Of a stretch of 64,000 nt of DNA, positions 11,301-24,800 are shown piece after piece (the first letter of the stretch is position 1; every line of letters begins with the position of its first letter). Under the pieces are notes generated by a model. That model was not told the origin of the DNA. It did not search any database and saw nothing but the letters and a program-made list of their open reading frames with translations. The translations under genes and the position numbers were made by a program. Source of the DNA: Schmidtea nova. Taxonomy: Eukaryota. The stretch is taken from the NCBI GenBank assembly GCA_044892505.1, contig CM097882.1, positions 262,446,001-262,510,000 of the forward strand, given 5' to 3'.

Positions 11301-14300
11301 AATGATTGTGTCATAATGATTTTTATCAATTAATTAAGTTAATTTAACCGTATATCTGCAATTTATTCCGGGATTTTTATTATACTAGTTCGAATAGCTA
11401 AACATAAATTTTCGGTTGGATTCTAAAACATACAAATTTTTTTTAAGAGTTGAAATTAATTAACAAAAATAAACTGAAAAAAAGTGTAAATCATATTATT
11501 AGTATGGACCACTCTCGAAAATGTTCAATTTATAACATTTATCATCAAAATAATCCGCATTATAAATAAAATATATGAAAGAATGAAAATGCATAAGTGT
11601 ATGGGCATAAAAGCCGAAACAAATATTTCGAGGACGAAATTTTTTTAAGGGGGAGATATGTTGAAGTAATAAAATAAATTATTAAAATTCAAAATAAAAT
11701 TATATTTATAACTAAATGAAGGAGAGATGTGAAAATCGAGTCAGGTATAGAATTTATAGTGTGAAGAAATAAAAAGAGAACAAAGGCGTCAGAAAATGTA
11801 TCATTATGGGTGAAAAGCACAGAAATGTGAATTGTGAAAAATCGATAAAAGATTTAAATGTTCGAATTGAAATCTGGAAAATTGGTCATGGGGGGAACAA
11901 GTAGTGAGGAATAACATGGTGATAACGGAACTTTCAGAAAGTGCCAAGGGTGCGAAAAAGTACTTAGGAGTGCACACATCTGTCTACTCTTGAACCAACT
12001 CAAAAGAGATAAACAAAAACAATAAATTTGCAGAAAATCATGACACTTATAAATACTAAAGTGTAATTAGGCACATAATGGCCGAATTAAGAAAGAATGG
12101 AACAAATTAAAATAATAATTACCCAGTAATCATAACCAGCTGGCGAAATTTGATTGGCCGAGAGACTAGCCGAAAGAGTCAACTTTGTATCTTGAAGCAA
12201 ATTGTACTGGAAATAAAGGTATGGTTATTGTTTGTTTTATTAATCACTCTCATGATTTCCTATGTAAATTCAGCATGATGTTAAGGGCACGTACCGAAAG
12301 TCTAATGATGCACCGGGAAATCAGAATCGGTGATGAATGATCGATCGATGAATATACCCTACGATTGAAAGACTTGAAATTGAACGATATATTCTTATAT
12401 TAAACTTATATATTCGAGATTTACCGAAGACGTTGTAGTCGATGAATGATGTTATTTGTTAACCCCAGAAAAATTATGAATGCCGGGAAAACCAAATACT
12501 TAGAGAGAAATCTGAATCAAAACGAAAGAAATAGTAACCCAAATAGAGTGGCTGATTATATGCCACGGAACGAGAATTCAATCAACTTATCTGAAGAGAA
12601 TAAAACTAACGCTAAGTATTGCAATGCAAAAGAAAACAGGTGGTTTGTTGTAATTAACAAATATTGTCAGCTAATAATGATAGTTTGAATTAAGGAAATA
12701 TGAGTGTTTGTTTGAGTAAGGTAAGTTAGAACTCGAATGGTGCGACAAGTCAGGAGTATTTCTTATGAAGGAGCTTACCTGCTGACTAGCGATCGTCTGT
12801 TATGCACATTTCCAACGTGAATGATTAGGGTAATTCACGGGTCCATGAACAGTAAATGTTTTGTGTGTGTTGGACCCTAGAGAGCGAGAAATGTGTATTT
12901 TGGATGTAGGAACTTCACTAAAGGTAGAGTTAGTAAGCTGAAAATTGATTTGATTTTCACAACACACCAACAGTACTGATTAGATGAATTTGCGAATAGG
13001 GATGTTGTGAGATTCAAAGGAATAGTGTTAACGGATTTGGTGATGTGCAAATGTTTATATTATGGGATGTTGTGATTTGCAATGAATTGGTGACATAGTA
13101 TGTTGTAGCTGCAAATTTATATACTTTTATAGGTTTAATAACAAATTTTTCAGTGAGGAGATTGCATGCAAGAGATGAGTTTGAATAAAATGGGTAATTC
13201 AGTGATGGATATGATTAAGTGAGTTCTTGTGTGGAGTTTCTGGATGTAGAATGTCGATTGGTGTTAATGAATGAAATGATATACCTTGTGTGTATTGGGA
13301 GATGAAAAAGTTGTCGGTGTGGTCTTAGATATGGATAATGTTAATGAGTGATATGTATGTACCAATTTGCAAAGATTGTTTTATGAATTATATTTCTAGT
13401 TTTAGGTAGGGTATTTTATGAAATGATATATACATAAAATAAAATTTTCCAATTTTATGAAATAATAATATGATTTTAACATTTATAATTTTTTCTAATT
13501 TTTCCACGTAAATCTGGATATATTTAAATAAAATTTTTACAAGGATTATAAAATGATAAAGTTTTAGATTTAGAATTTTTATACAATTATTATTTAAAAT
13601 CCAACTTTTCACATCATAGTGTTTTCAAAAAAAGATTTTAACAAAAATTAATTTCGATCGTATGTGAATTCTCCAAGCAGTGTACACAAATTTTACGAGA
13701 CACTTCACTTGAAAACTTTACATACTCGAAATAATAGTTCAATTTAAATAATTTTAATGAGAAATCCTCTGTCTAAAATGAAGTACCACTAAATAAAATC
13801 AATTATTATTCATATAATCTAATACGATCTATTTTGAAGATTTTCAAAAATTCGATTTTTCAAATGATTGCGATTTCTTTCGTGATGAGGTGAAAAAGAT
13901 GTTCATGTGAACGAAGGTGAGTTACTTGTTGGATGTATTTGTGTCAACGATTTTTATTGTGATAAAGGCATGTAGGTCGATATCGATGCATAAGTGAGCA
14001 TCATTTGCATTGAATTATCAATTCACATCTTTAAAGAGTAGGTAAAATATATACTGAGATATAATCCAGATAAAATTACATTATTATAAATCAATTATTA
14101 TTAGTATAACAACTTTGCCCTTGGCCAAGCCACTGTTCCCCAACATCAGTGTATGGGATGAAGTGATCATGGATGTTTGGGATTCACTTTAGATAAAAAT
14201 ATGAGCTGGCCAGTTGATGGGCCTCAACTAACCAACGATCCTCCTAGTCTACCTCTATCAGTACAGCTCATGGCAAGCCTAACTTCACAATGTATGGAAG

Positions 14301-15630
14301 ATCAAAAGAATGTTATTTATTTGTTGTAATATAAACGAAATTCATGTAGATAAAATTTAAATATGGATCTTTAAGACAAGTTTCCTTTATATAACAATAT
14401 TTTAAAATTATTTTAAATTCAACATTATAAAAAGAAATTTAAAATCAATTTAAATAAAATATAATTCTGATAAAGTATAAATAACGTGCAGACTAAATAA
14501 AATTACTGGGTATGAAACGATCAGAGGGAAGGACTCTGAAAGCCCATACCGAATAAAAAGAGATTCTTACATCAAATAAAGATCGGGTGAGTTTTGATGG
14601 GTTGCTTGACAATTTCCTCTGGAATACTCTGACGTATTTCGGTGGCGTCTATTCTGATGTAATCGAATTGGAAGTCTGAATTAAAGTCCTTTTCGATGAA
14701 GTTAAAGTTGGGTAGTTTTTTATTTTTCTTTTTGATCAGCAATTCACTCGTGAGCTTTGGTCAAAAATTTTTCGCAGAGTTCAGTTTAATGAAAAATTTC
14801 GCCGGTTTGAGTTGCAAAATTCTGATAATTATAATTTTGATAGCGGATAGTACAAACGGAAAAGGCAGCGGTATCTGAGCCGACTGGTCAGAAATGTACC
14901 AGGGCATTTCCATTTGGGAAAATACATACCAGGTGAATACACAAGATACACATTGGTATGATATAACTTTGTCAATAATAATAATTAAAATTATATATAT
15001 TCATATTTATATAATAGCGTAAAAAGGTTAAATCGACAATACGTTCTAAACATGAAAATTTATATTTTATTTTTAGAAAAGAATATACAGGCAATACAAA
15101 GCAAGTCCCCACAAATTAAGGAAACCCAATCAATTCAGTCAACATTTTCGACCAATCAAATCTTTGCTACAATAATTTCAAAACCACAATAAATCTAGCT
15201 ATTTTTCTATCAAATCGTCACTACAAACAATTAAAAAACCCAATTAAGTCTCTCTCAAATCGTTCTCTATATATCAAAGATTCGAATCGTTACCAATCCA
15301 AATATGAATCTAAATCAGTCCCTTCATAATCAATCAAGAACCTACCAGAAGTACACATGTTTTATAAAAAACTCAACATAAGTTTCTACAAAAATCTCCA
15401 AAATAAAATATGTATTGACGGAACCCCAATTACAATTCCAAGTTTCCCAAATCAAATATACATCCCAAACGACATGAAAGTCGAAATAGAAGAGCGGGAA
15501 ATGCATTTAATAAAATTCAATGAAGCCCGGAGAGTCAAACTCATAGAGCTTATCGGAACCTTCGACAAATACAGAAACGTCGACAAAGAAGTTGCAGAAA
15601 GCAAGAGAATTCTTCATAGATTAGTATTTC

Positions 15631-16560
15631 ATGACTAAAACAGAAGTTGCAATATGTCAGAACAGAATCCCGTTAATCCCGTTAATCGTCACGAGCAACT
15701 GTTCAGCAGTCATCAAACTAGTAAGAGATGACAGAAGCATGTCAAATTATTTCAATGAGCTGACAGTGCAGATGAATAATTTACCATGTATGATAGCAAT
15801 CGAAGTGCTATACATTCCGACAATCCCAAATCCATTTACAAAATTGGACCCAATACAATCAATCATACAAATAAGTGAAGATATGATAAACCAGAAAATA
15901 TCCTTCACGCATCAAGAATTATCGACAGAAGAAAGACACTCGTTAACTGTGTTCGTATATATCAAAGTAATCCAAGACATAAACCAAAATCATAGATCAG
16001 TGGAGGTATGTATCAGAAGCAGAAAAGGAGCGACTCTATACAACAAATTTATCAGCCCAAGAACGAAGGTAGAAGTATTCTACACAGAAAAAACAAAAGC
16101 TACCAAAGAAAGCATAATTGGAAATGAGGACTAATACAAAGCTCTAAATGAAATTCGAAACCTTCTCTACGGAAAGATTATAGTAGGGTTCAACATCATA
16201 GATAAATTAAAACTATTGGCAATGGATTTAGATAACCTCATGGACATAAGAGAAATGGCAGAATACCGATTCATGCGCTCTTTTGTAAAAAACGTGGCCC
16301 CACCAAAAATAAAAATATCAAATTTGGCTAACCAGGTGATCAATTACCACAAAGGTTGGCACTAAGACAAAAAGTTAAATGACATACTGAGACAACCAGA
16401 ACTATTCTCAACAAAGATCACCATGATATTACTAAAAGTCATCTACGACATTACAGAAAACAAATGGGAAGAAATTGTCAGATGGGATTCCGCAACATTC
16501 TTTAAAAGAAAACAAGTGAATGGGGAGGAAGGGCAACTAGAAACAATATTTGAAAAATAG
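15631..16560 (+). pseudogene. DEDDh (REX4/ISG20-like) exonuclease homolog that appears to lack catalytic residues, in an A-rich element relic
   Basis: VEVCIRSRKGATLYNKFISPRTKVEVFYTEKT...NEIRNLLYGKIIVGFNII..KLL..DIREMAEY...KISNLA aligns by eye to the REX4 core. Stop at 16132-16134; frameshift near 16340. Confidence 0.6.
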
Positions 16561-17981
16561 GCAGAGAGCGAATATGAAGGAAAATGCATGGAACCGTCCC
16601 AATAGGAGTCAAAAGCTAATCATGATCAATCAAGAAAAACATTCATGAATGAGCTTATGGACAGCGACGAAGATGAACTCATATATAGTTACCTATAGTT
16701 ACAGTTCAAGAAATAAAAGCAAAACCCAAGATACAAAATGCTAATATGAAAGAATGGCCGAATGCGATCTAGATCCAGGTGAGGAATATTTCTCCATAGA
16801 TGAAAGCATGGAAGAACCTTCAACAAGCGGAAATAACAAAATGGAAGAAAATAGTGAAGAACCATCAACAAGTAGAAAGAACATAACTGAAGAAGATATC
16901 GGACCAGAGCCAAACGTCGAGAGATTGGACAGAACCGGAGGAATCAAATTTTATAATAGATAAAGAAAAGAAAAGTCTCAGAAAAAGATATCTGCACTCA
17001 TTTTGGAAGACAAATTGAGCACGACTAGACGATAAACATTGCATTAAAAATGGATTCCGAAAGACAACAATACAAAAGAGAAAGAAATCAACTTAATCTT
17101 GTGTGACTTAATCTTATAATAAGGACATTACTTTTATGTCCTCCTATCAGAAAATTATAGTATGGGATTCAACAAGTATAGTCAACATTTACGCAGAACC
17201 CGTTTGTGAAATCAGCAACCAAGAATCCCACCTAACAACCATGAATACCAATCAGTAAATTATTTCTTTCCTATATCAACAAATACAACCCTTAATAAAC
17301 AAACTAGGATCCAATAAATTCAAACGATAATAGCACCAGTGTGACATTGACAATTATTCTAAAATTGATATTCTATTCATTTAACATTTGATATTCATTT
17401 TGAATGCGCATATTATTATTTTTGTAAATGTATTGACAATTGTGAATGTGTATTTTAATTCTTATTTTATGACATATTTAATAAATGTTATTTATTTTAT
17501 AACTGTATATTATTATATTTATGTACTTTTTAATTACGAATTTATTACGACTTGATATAAATTGGAATATAAAATTAATTGTAGAAATTTGATACAAAGG
17601 AAATTAAAATATAGAAATAATTAATAGAAATTTGATAACGAAAAAATTAGTATATAAGGGACTTACAAATTTCAGATTTTGTCCACAATTTTTTCCAGAA
17701 TTTAGATTCTAGTAAACTTAGCGCAAACAATATTCTCAATGGGTAATCCTGAGAGAAGTTTAACATAAAGGACAGCACAAAAAAGTCCACCACATTTCGT
17801 TTTAAGGAAAAAAATAACACAACAAAAAAAATAACACGCACACAATAGAACTCCTTTATAAAATAGAAAATTGTTTAAAAATCGAAAAGACTATTGATAT
17901 ATTGGTGTGATTTCAAGTATTATTATTGGTCAATTTTTATTGTTAATAAAAATATAAATTCAACATTCGACTTTTGATTTG

Positions 17982-17989
<8 letters not shown>

Positions 17990-18018
<29 letters not shown>

Positions 18019-18520
18019 ACACCAATGCACGTTGAAGTCTAAACATTCGAGACGTCAAAACTTTTCCAATATTTTTAACATCTTCTAAGGCTGAATGGAT
18101 ATCAACTTGCATTTGTTCTCCTAATATTTCCTCGACAACTGTCTTCAGTTTGAAAAATTCGCCTTTTCGTGTAACTCTTTTGAATTGTAATGCTTGTGGG
18201 GTTAATGAGTCTCGAATGCCGTATAATTGATTCGTCCAGATTTTCAGATGTTGTAATTCCGCATGCAGATCATAGCCAACCAATATCTTTCAAATAGTTG
18301 AATTTTGAACCTGCTTCATTTCAGAATATTGATCACATTGGTTCCTGCTGGCAGTTTCTGTGAGGCCATTAATCCGCGATTGAAAGTGCCGTAATTTTCC
18401 TCTCGGGGCAAGGTATGTATTTTTAATTATCTTCCCGAAGTAGTTCATAATTGAGATGAATAATGGCACCATTTGTCCACTTTCTATGTGCCATATTCTA
18501 CGTCGATGAATAATATTTTG
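17990..18520 (-). pseudogene. DEDDh (REX4/ISG20-like) 3'-5' exonuclease relic
   Basis: ILFIDVEYG (Exo I), ISIMNYFGKIIKNTYLAP, KILVGYDLHAEL (Exo II), GIRDS, KLKTVVEEILGEQMQVDIHSALED (Exo III HxxxxD). One frameshift and stops. Confidence 0.75.
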
Positions 18521-19061
18521 TTTCTTATTTCCTCTGGTTTAATTCCTTTCTAAAAAACGATAACCTTCTCTTTAGCATGTTTTCTGATATCGGCAATAAT
18601 GTTGGATCTGTTGTTAGTTCCGAATCAATTTGTGGAACTTCTTGTCTGCCATATCTCAATCTTGTTTCCAGGACAATTATTGCGTCTTCTTTAGCTGCTC
18701 TCAACTTCTTTTTTAATACTTCTCGCATTCTCCATAATGAGCCTTGGTGCAGCTCCCACCATTTTCCTCTACCATTTCCACTTTTCCTTTCACCACATGC
18801 AATATGAGTTCCTCTTAATTTCTAGCTTTCCCATCCTCTATCAGTTTTATTACTGTTTTTCTGTTTATTCTACTGATCCTCGTTTTCATCCTCGTGTCAT
18901 CTATTCTTATATAAATTGGGATTTTTGTGTTGTCTCTTATTTGAAATTGACCTTGCCCCATGTGATTCCTGTAATTTGAGGTAGGTTTCATAAATATTTG
19001 AAATCCATTGAATCTGTTCCATCACTGAAATATTTATAATTTATAATTTTGTTTTATTTTA

Positions 19062-19118
19062 AAATTTGACGTTATTGGTAAAATTTGAAGTTATTGGTAA
19101 AATTTGACGTTATTGGTA
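19062..19118. repeat. 19-bp tandem repeat x3 (AAATTTGACGTTATTGGTA)
   Basis: Starts at 19062, 19081 and 19100; probably a MULE-type TIR remnant. Confidence 0.8.
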
Positions 19119-19156
19119 AAGTACCTTAGGTATACTAACCTGGCTGATGGTATAAA

Positions 19157-21104
19157 GCTTCTAGGACATTTACCCCCCGGACAATTCCCCCCGGACGATT
19201 ACCCCCGGACAATTACCCCCGGACAAAAAAACCACCAGGACAATAACCCCCCAGGACAATAACCCCCGGATAATAACCGCTTCTAGGACATTTACCCCCG
19301 GACATTTCATTTGAATTATTTCATTATTCATTATTCTTTTAAATTTAAATAAATAAAATACTCATAACATACTATTTCGAGTGGATAAGTGGTGACTTAG
19401 AGTGATTTTTAAAAAAAAAATAAATATTCAATATTATAGACCATCGATTAAAATTAAATATGGAATTTCTGAAATCAAAAAGAGGAGCGGAAAAAGTAGT
19501 TTTCGAAGGTTATATATATGTGAAGCAGAAAAATTTGGCTAATGGGGTTGTCTCATTTGAATGTGAAAAAAGGCGTAACAAGGCTGAGTGCAAAGCAAAA
19601 ATTAAAGTTCGTGGTGAAGATCTTGTGGGGCGCTTTAATGACCATTCTCATGGTCCAGATCCAGCACAAAAGGAAGTGCTGAAATCAGTTCAAAAAATGA
19701 AAAGATTAGCAGAAGAAACTGAAGAAACGCCTCAGCAGATAATTACGCAATCTGTTTCTACAATAAGTGAAAGTGCAAAAGCAAAGCTGACAACATTACA
19801 TCATTTACGTCGTAATATTAGACGTCAGCGTCAAGTTGTCAACAACCCTTTACCAGTGCCATTGAATGTTGACGCAATCGTAATTCCTGAACGTTATAAA
19901 GTAACAACTGATGGCCAGAATTTTCTTCTGTTTGATTCTGGTACAGATAGTAATAATAAAATGTTGATATTTGGAACAGATAACAATTTAAAACTTTTGG
20001 AATCAACATTTCACTGGTTTATGGATGGAACTTTTAAAACAGCTCCTATGCTTTTTACGCAGCTATATACAGTTCACGCATTAGCTAATGGGCGATGTAT
20101 TCCTTGTGTTTACGCATTACTGCAGAACAAAAGACAAGATACGTATAAAGAACTTTTTCAACAATTAAGTATTCTTAATGTCAACTTGAAGCCCAGAAGC
20201 ATTATGGTTGATTTTGAATTGGCAGTTATAAATAGTTTGAAGACAGTATTTCCTGACAGCCAAATAAAAGGATGTTTCTTTCATCTAAGCCAGAACATCT
20301 ACCGAAAGATTCAAGAAAACGGTCTTCAACAGCGTTACCAGGAAGATTCTGAATTCGCATTAAAAATACGGATGATTCCAGCACTAGCATTTGTCCCTCC
20401 AGAAGATGTAGTCGGCGCTTTTGAAGCATTGGCCGAATTGCTTCCTGCGAACGTTTTACCAATTGCAGATTATTTTGAAGATTTTTATATAGGCAGACCA
20501 CAACGGCGTGGACGACGTCAATCCACTTATAACATAGACATGTGGAATATGCACCAAAGAGCCGAATATGAATTACCAAAAACTAATAATGCAGTGGAAG
20601 GATGGCATAGAAGTTTTCAGTCCAACGTAGGAAGTTACCATCCTACCATTTGGAAATTTATTTCATTTATCCAAAGAGAACAAGCTCTGCAACAATTGCA
20701 CTGTGCTCAAATGCTGGCCGGTCATTCATCCCAGACGTCGAGAAAGAAGTATGCAGATGCAAATATAAGAATACTTTCAATAGTCCGTAGCTACCGTGAT
20801 CGCAGCATTATAGACTATCTACGTGGAATAGCGTATAATTTATCCTTTTAATTAAATTTATATTCAAATTTAATATTTTTTGGTTATTGTTTGTGATTGT
20901 TTTTTTATAAAAATATGTTTTTTTTAACAATTATAATAAATATTTTAATCTATATTTTTTTTATGAGGGGATTGTACGGGGGTTTTTAGCACGGAGGGTT
21001 ATTGTCCTGGGGGGTTATTGTCCTGGGGGGTTTTTTGTCCGGGGGTAATTGTCCGGGGGTAATCGTCCGGGGGGAATTGTCCGGGGGGTAATTGTCCTGT
21101 TACC
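19157..21104 (+). mobile_element. Complete MULE (Mutator-like) DNA transposon
   Basis: Long TIRs built of GGACAATTACCCCC repeats; 8-bp TSD GGTATAAA at 19149-19156 and 21105-21112; intact transposase. Confidence 0.93.
19460..20851 (+). CDS. MULE transposase with N-terminal FLYWCH domain (463 aa, intact)
   Basis: FEGYIY..FECEKRR..C..HSH; WFMDGTFK, IMVDFELA, GCFFHLSQ, TNNAVEGWH. Confidence 0.93.
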   Translation: MEFLKSKRGAEKVVFEGYIYVKQKNLANGVVSFECEKRRNKAECKAKIKVRGEDLVGRFNDHSHGPDPAQKEVLKSVQKMKRLAEETEETPQQIITQSVSTISESAKAKLTTLHHLRRNIRRQRQVVNNPLPVPLNVDAIVIPERYKVTTDGQNFLLFDSGTDSNNKMLIFGTDNNLKLLESTFHWFMDGTFKTAPMLFTQLYTVHALANGRCIPCVYALLQNKRQDTYKELFQQLSILNVNLKPRSIMVDFELAVINSLKTVFPDSQIKGCFFHLSQNIYRKIQENGLQQRYQEDSEFALKIRMIPALAFVPPEDVVGAFEALAELLPANVLPIADYFEDFYIGRPQRRGRRQSTYNIDMWNMHQRAEYELPKTNNAVEGWHRSFQSNVGSYHPTIWKFISFIQREQALQQLHCAQMLAGHSSQTSRKKYADANIRILSIVRSYRDRSIIDYLRGIAYNLSF

Positions 21105-21577
21105 GGTATAAATAATAAATATTAATTAAATTATTTACCTATTAAATTTTCAACATTATTCTAATTTATTAATTTAAGGATTCCCTTATATTCTTAATTT
21201 TATTTTTTGTTCAACCAATTAAATCCGTTTCCGATCGAAAGTGCAAATTTTACAATAATCACATAGATATGGATAAAAGAAAGTTTATACTATTACAGTA
21301 CCAATATATTATTATAATTGCATGCAAAATTAAATGTCTCACTATATAAACGTCTCCTCGTAGACAATCCACGGTCTTGGTGTCCTGGATTGACGTACTG
21401 TCTGATTGTATCCAATTACAGTGATTATGAAATATATAAATATTGTTATGAATTATTAGCCCTACTTTTTAATTTTGTTAATTTGTTAAGAGAAATAAAA
21501 GAGATTGTACGTTTATTCACCGTGAGTAGTGTTTTTTCTTTTATATTAAAAAAAGTTAAAATAGTTAAAATTTGTTG

Positions 21578-21637
<60 letters not shown>

Positions 21638-21840
21638 GAGCATACATCAAAATTACATACACACGTACACATTCACTCACCCCAATTGTCCCTACACCTT
21701 TTTACCGGAGACTCTGTTGGGCTCTACATTATCCTCCACAACAAACATTCTCACTACTAATATCAACAAACAACTAAATAAATCATCATCACCACAACTA
21801 TCTTAACCCCATATATTCCTAACCCTACCATTCCAACGAC

Positions 21841-24800
21841 TAGGTTAACCATAATAAATATAAAAAGAATATTTCAAAATTGGTGCTTATTATAACATAC
21901 ACAAATAATTTAAATTCTCTGCTAGTATATTAGTTCTTTAAATTATTGTATAGTTGGTTCATTAATTTATTATTATATTTTTTATGATTAAAAATCCCGA
22001 AAAGTGTAAATTTTTACAAAAATATACTGAAGAATATCCTTTCATAAAAAGGGAAAATATGAAACAAGCAATTTGTAAATACTGGAATTACAATTTCACT
22101 ATTAGTCAAAAACACAAATCTTCTGTTTCTTCATCAAGTAAGTGTAAAACATTGACAACTTTTTCGCAAAAAGTGATTATACCGAAGAAGACAAGGTAAT
22201 TGCTATTGAATTATGTTTTGCTTATCACGTTGTAAAACATCACCAGTAATTTAATTCAACTGATTGTATTAATAATTTTATACCAAAACTATTTTTTGAT
22301 TCAAAATCAGCAATGAAATATTCGACAGCCAGAACTAAAACAATAAAACTGGTTACTAGAGTACTTGTACCACATACATTGGATTTATTTTCAGAAAAAT
22401 TGTTAAAGTGCCCATATTATAGCATTAGCACGGATGCTGGTAATCAAAAGGCCCAAAAAATATTTCCATTAATTATTCAGTACTTCAATAAGACTGGAAT
22501 TAATGTTACGTTATTAAAGTTGGGTAATTTAAAAAGTGAATCTTCCGATTTTATTTTAAGCTTTTGCATACAAACTTTAAGCGATAAAAAATTTACATTA
22601 AAAATGTATAGCATTTTGTCTAGATAATACTAATGTTAATTTCGGTGGTAGAGAAAGATTGGGGAAAAACAATGTTTTCACAAAATTAAAAGAACAATTA
22701 GGTAGCAGCATTGAAAGCATAGGATATCTGCTCATATTTTGAACAATACCTTACAAACAGTGTCAGATCAATTATTTTATGATAATGACAAAAATTGATA
22801 TTGATTCAAAATTTTTAATTATTTTGCCATATATACAGTAAGAACCGAATGTTAGAAAGAATTTTGCGATTTTGTTAATGTAGAATACAAAACGCTCCTT
22901 TCGAATTATAACACAAGATGGCTTCACCTTTTGTGGCGAGTTAAAAGAATTTTAAAATTATTCGAAGCGTTGAAATCGTTTTTAATCTGAGGAGAGAGTA
23001 CCAAAGACTTTATTAAACTTTTTTAACAATACCATGGCAGAAGCATAATTTTGGTTTATACGTAGCCAAGCTAGTTCTATACAAACTCAAATTTTGAAAA
23101 TTGAGAGACGCAATAAACCAGTCATGAAAGTTTTAGAAGTTTCTTTACGACTTGCAGAAGAAAAGAGAAATAATAAATTTTTACCAGCAAACGTGAAGGA
23201 ATTTTAAGAAAAAATGAATCTGATCTGACAAGCAAACAAGATATTCATCAATTTTATGAAACACTAGTTGCTTATTTAAGTAAATGCATGACTCCGTTCA
23301 AGAAATATTCAGTATTTTCATGGATACATTTGAAATAAAAACTAAACTGGGAAAAGGTAGAAGAAACTTGTTAATATTTAAGAGAAACAAATGTAATTTT
23401 TAATGATAAGTTCCTATTCAACTAAATTACTATCGTTTAAATGGTAGCCGACGAGTTTATCGAAAACGAGTTTATCGAAAACGAGTTTATCGAAAGCGAG
23501 TTTATCGAAAACGAGTTTATCGAATGATTAATTGATCGAATGACGAGTTTATCGAAAAATATTATTTTTAAGGAATTAAAAACTTTTAAATTTTTTCTTT
23601 ATATCCAGAAACTTAAAATGTGTTTATAATAGCATTTGTTGCAAAAAATTCGTTTTAGGTAAAAATTATTGAAAAAATTAATTTGAAAATGGATTTACAA
23701 TTCTTTATTAGTGAAAAAGGAAAACAGAAATTGTTTTTAAATGGATGTTTATTCTATAAGGACAAAAGTTTTGAAGCCAAAATATATTGGCGATGTGAAA
23801 ATTATAAAACTAAATGCAGTGCTCGTGTAATAACGGAAAACGGCATTTTAGTTAATTTAAAAATATTCACAATCATGTGATAGATGCAGCAAGCGTTCAA
23901 GCTAAAAATGTCATCAGCTGCATTCGCCAGGAAGACCTCATTACTCGTGATGCACCACAATATATTGTGGCTTCATCTTCAGCATTAGTAAGCCGAAGTG
24001 TTGCCGCCAAATTGCCCAGCGTGCCGAATCTTGCGAGAACTATACGGAATGTTAGAGCGAAGAAAAATAAAGGCCCACCGATTCCCAGATCAAGGCTTGA
24101 TATTGTATTCAGTGATGAATATACAAAACAAACAAAAATGAAAAATTTCTTTTATATGATTCTGGAGCTGAGGATGACGACCGCATATTAATTTTTTCAA
24201 CACAAGCAAATTTGGATATTTTACGGCGTTCTCTTCATTGGCACGGTGATGGTACTTTTAAAACCGTTCCTCCATTATTTGAACAATTATATACTATTCA
24301 TGGATTGGAAGATAATAGATCAATTCCATTAATATTTGGTCTCCTCCCAAATAAACGAGAGGAAACATATGTACGTTTTTTGAAAGCAGTAAAAGAATTA
24401 ACTGGTCATTGCAATCCTCAAACTATAATGACGGATTTTGAAGTCGCAATGATCAACGCATTTCAACGAGAATTTCCACTATCCAGGCATTGTGGTTGTT
24501 TTTTTCATTTTAATCAATGTATTTGGCGTAAAATACAATCATCTGGACTAAAACAGCAGTATGAAAATGATCCAGAATACGCATTAAAATTTCGAATGCT
24601 TGCTGCAATGGCATTTGTTCCAACAAATGTTATTATAAACACATTTGAAGTTTTATGTGAAAGTAATATATTTACTGACGATATGCTACCTGTGGTTGAT
24701 TATTTTGAGGACACATGGATTGGACGACCTAATCGTCTCATAGGACGCCGCCCACCGAAATTTAATCACCAATTATGGAATTGCTATGAAGCAGTATTTC

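Noticed and set aside
12290-12900. Gag-like hints (SIDEYTLRLKDL, YIRDLPKTL, CFVCVGP*RARN)
   Set aside because: Short motifs in different frames with many stops; not enough to call.
14110-14330. GC-richer exon-like patch (also 55586-55650)
   Set aside because: In-frame stops, no recognisable protein and no linked exons; a host gene is not supported.
21446-21760. ORFs with YIYIYI runs
   Set aside because: Translations of (TA)n microsatellites.
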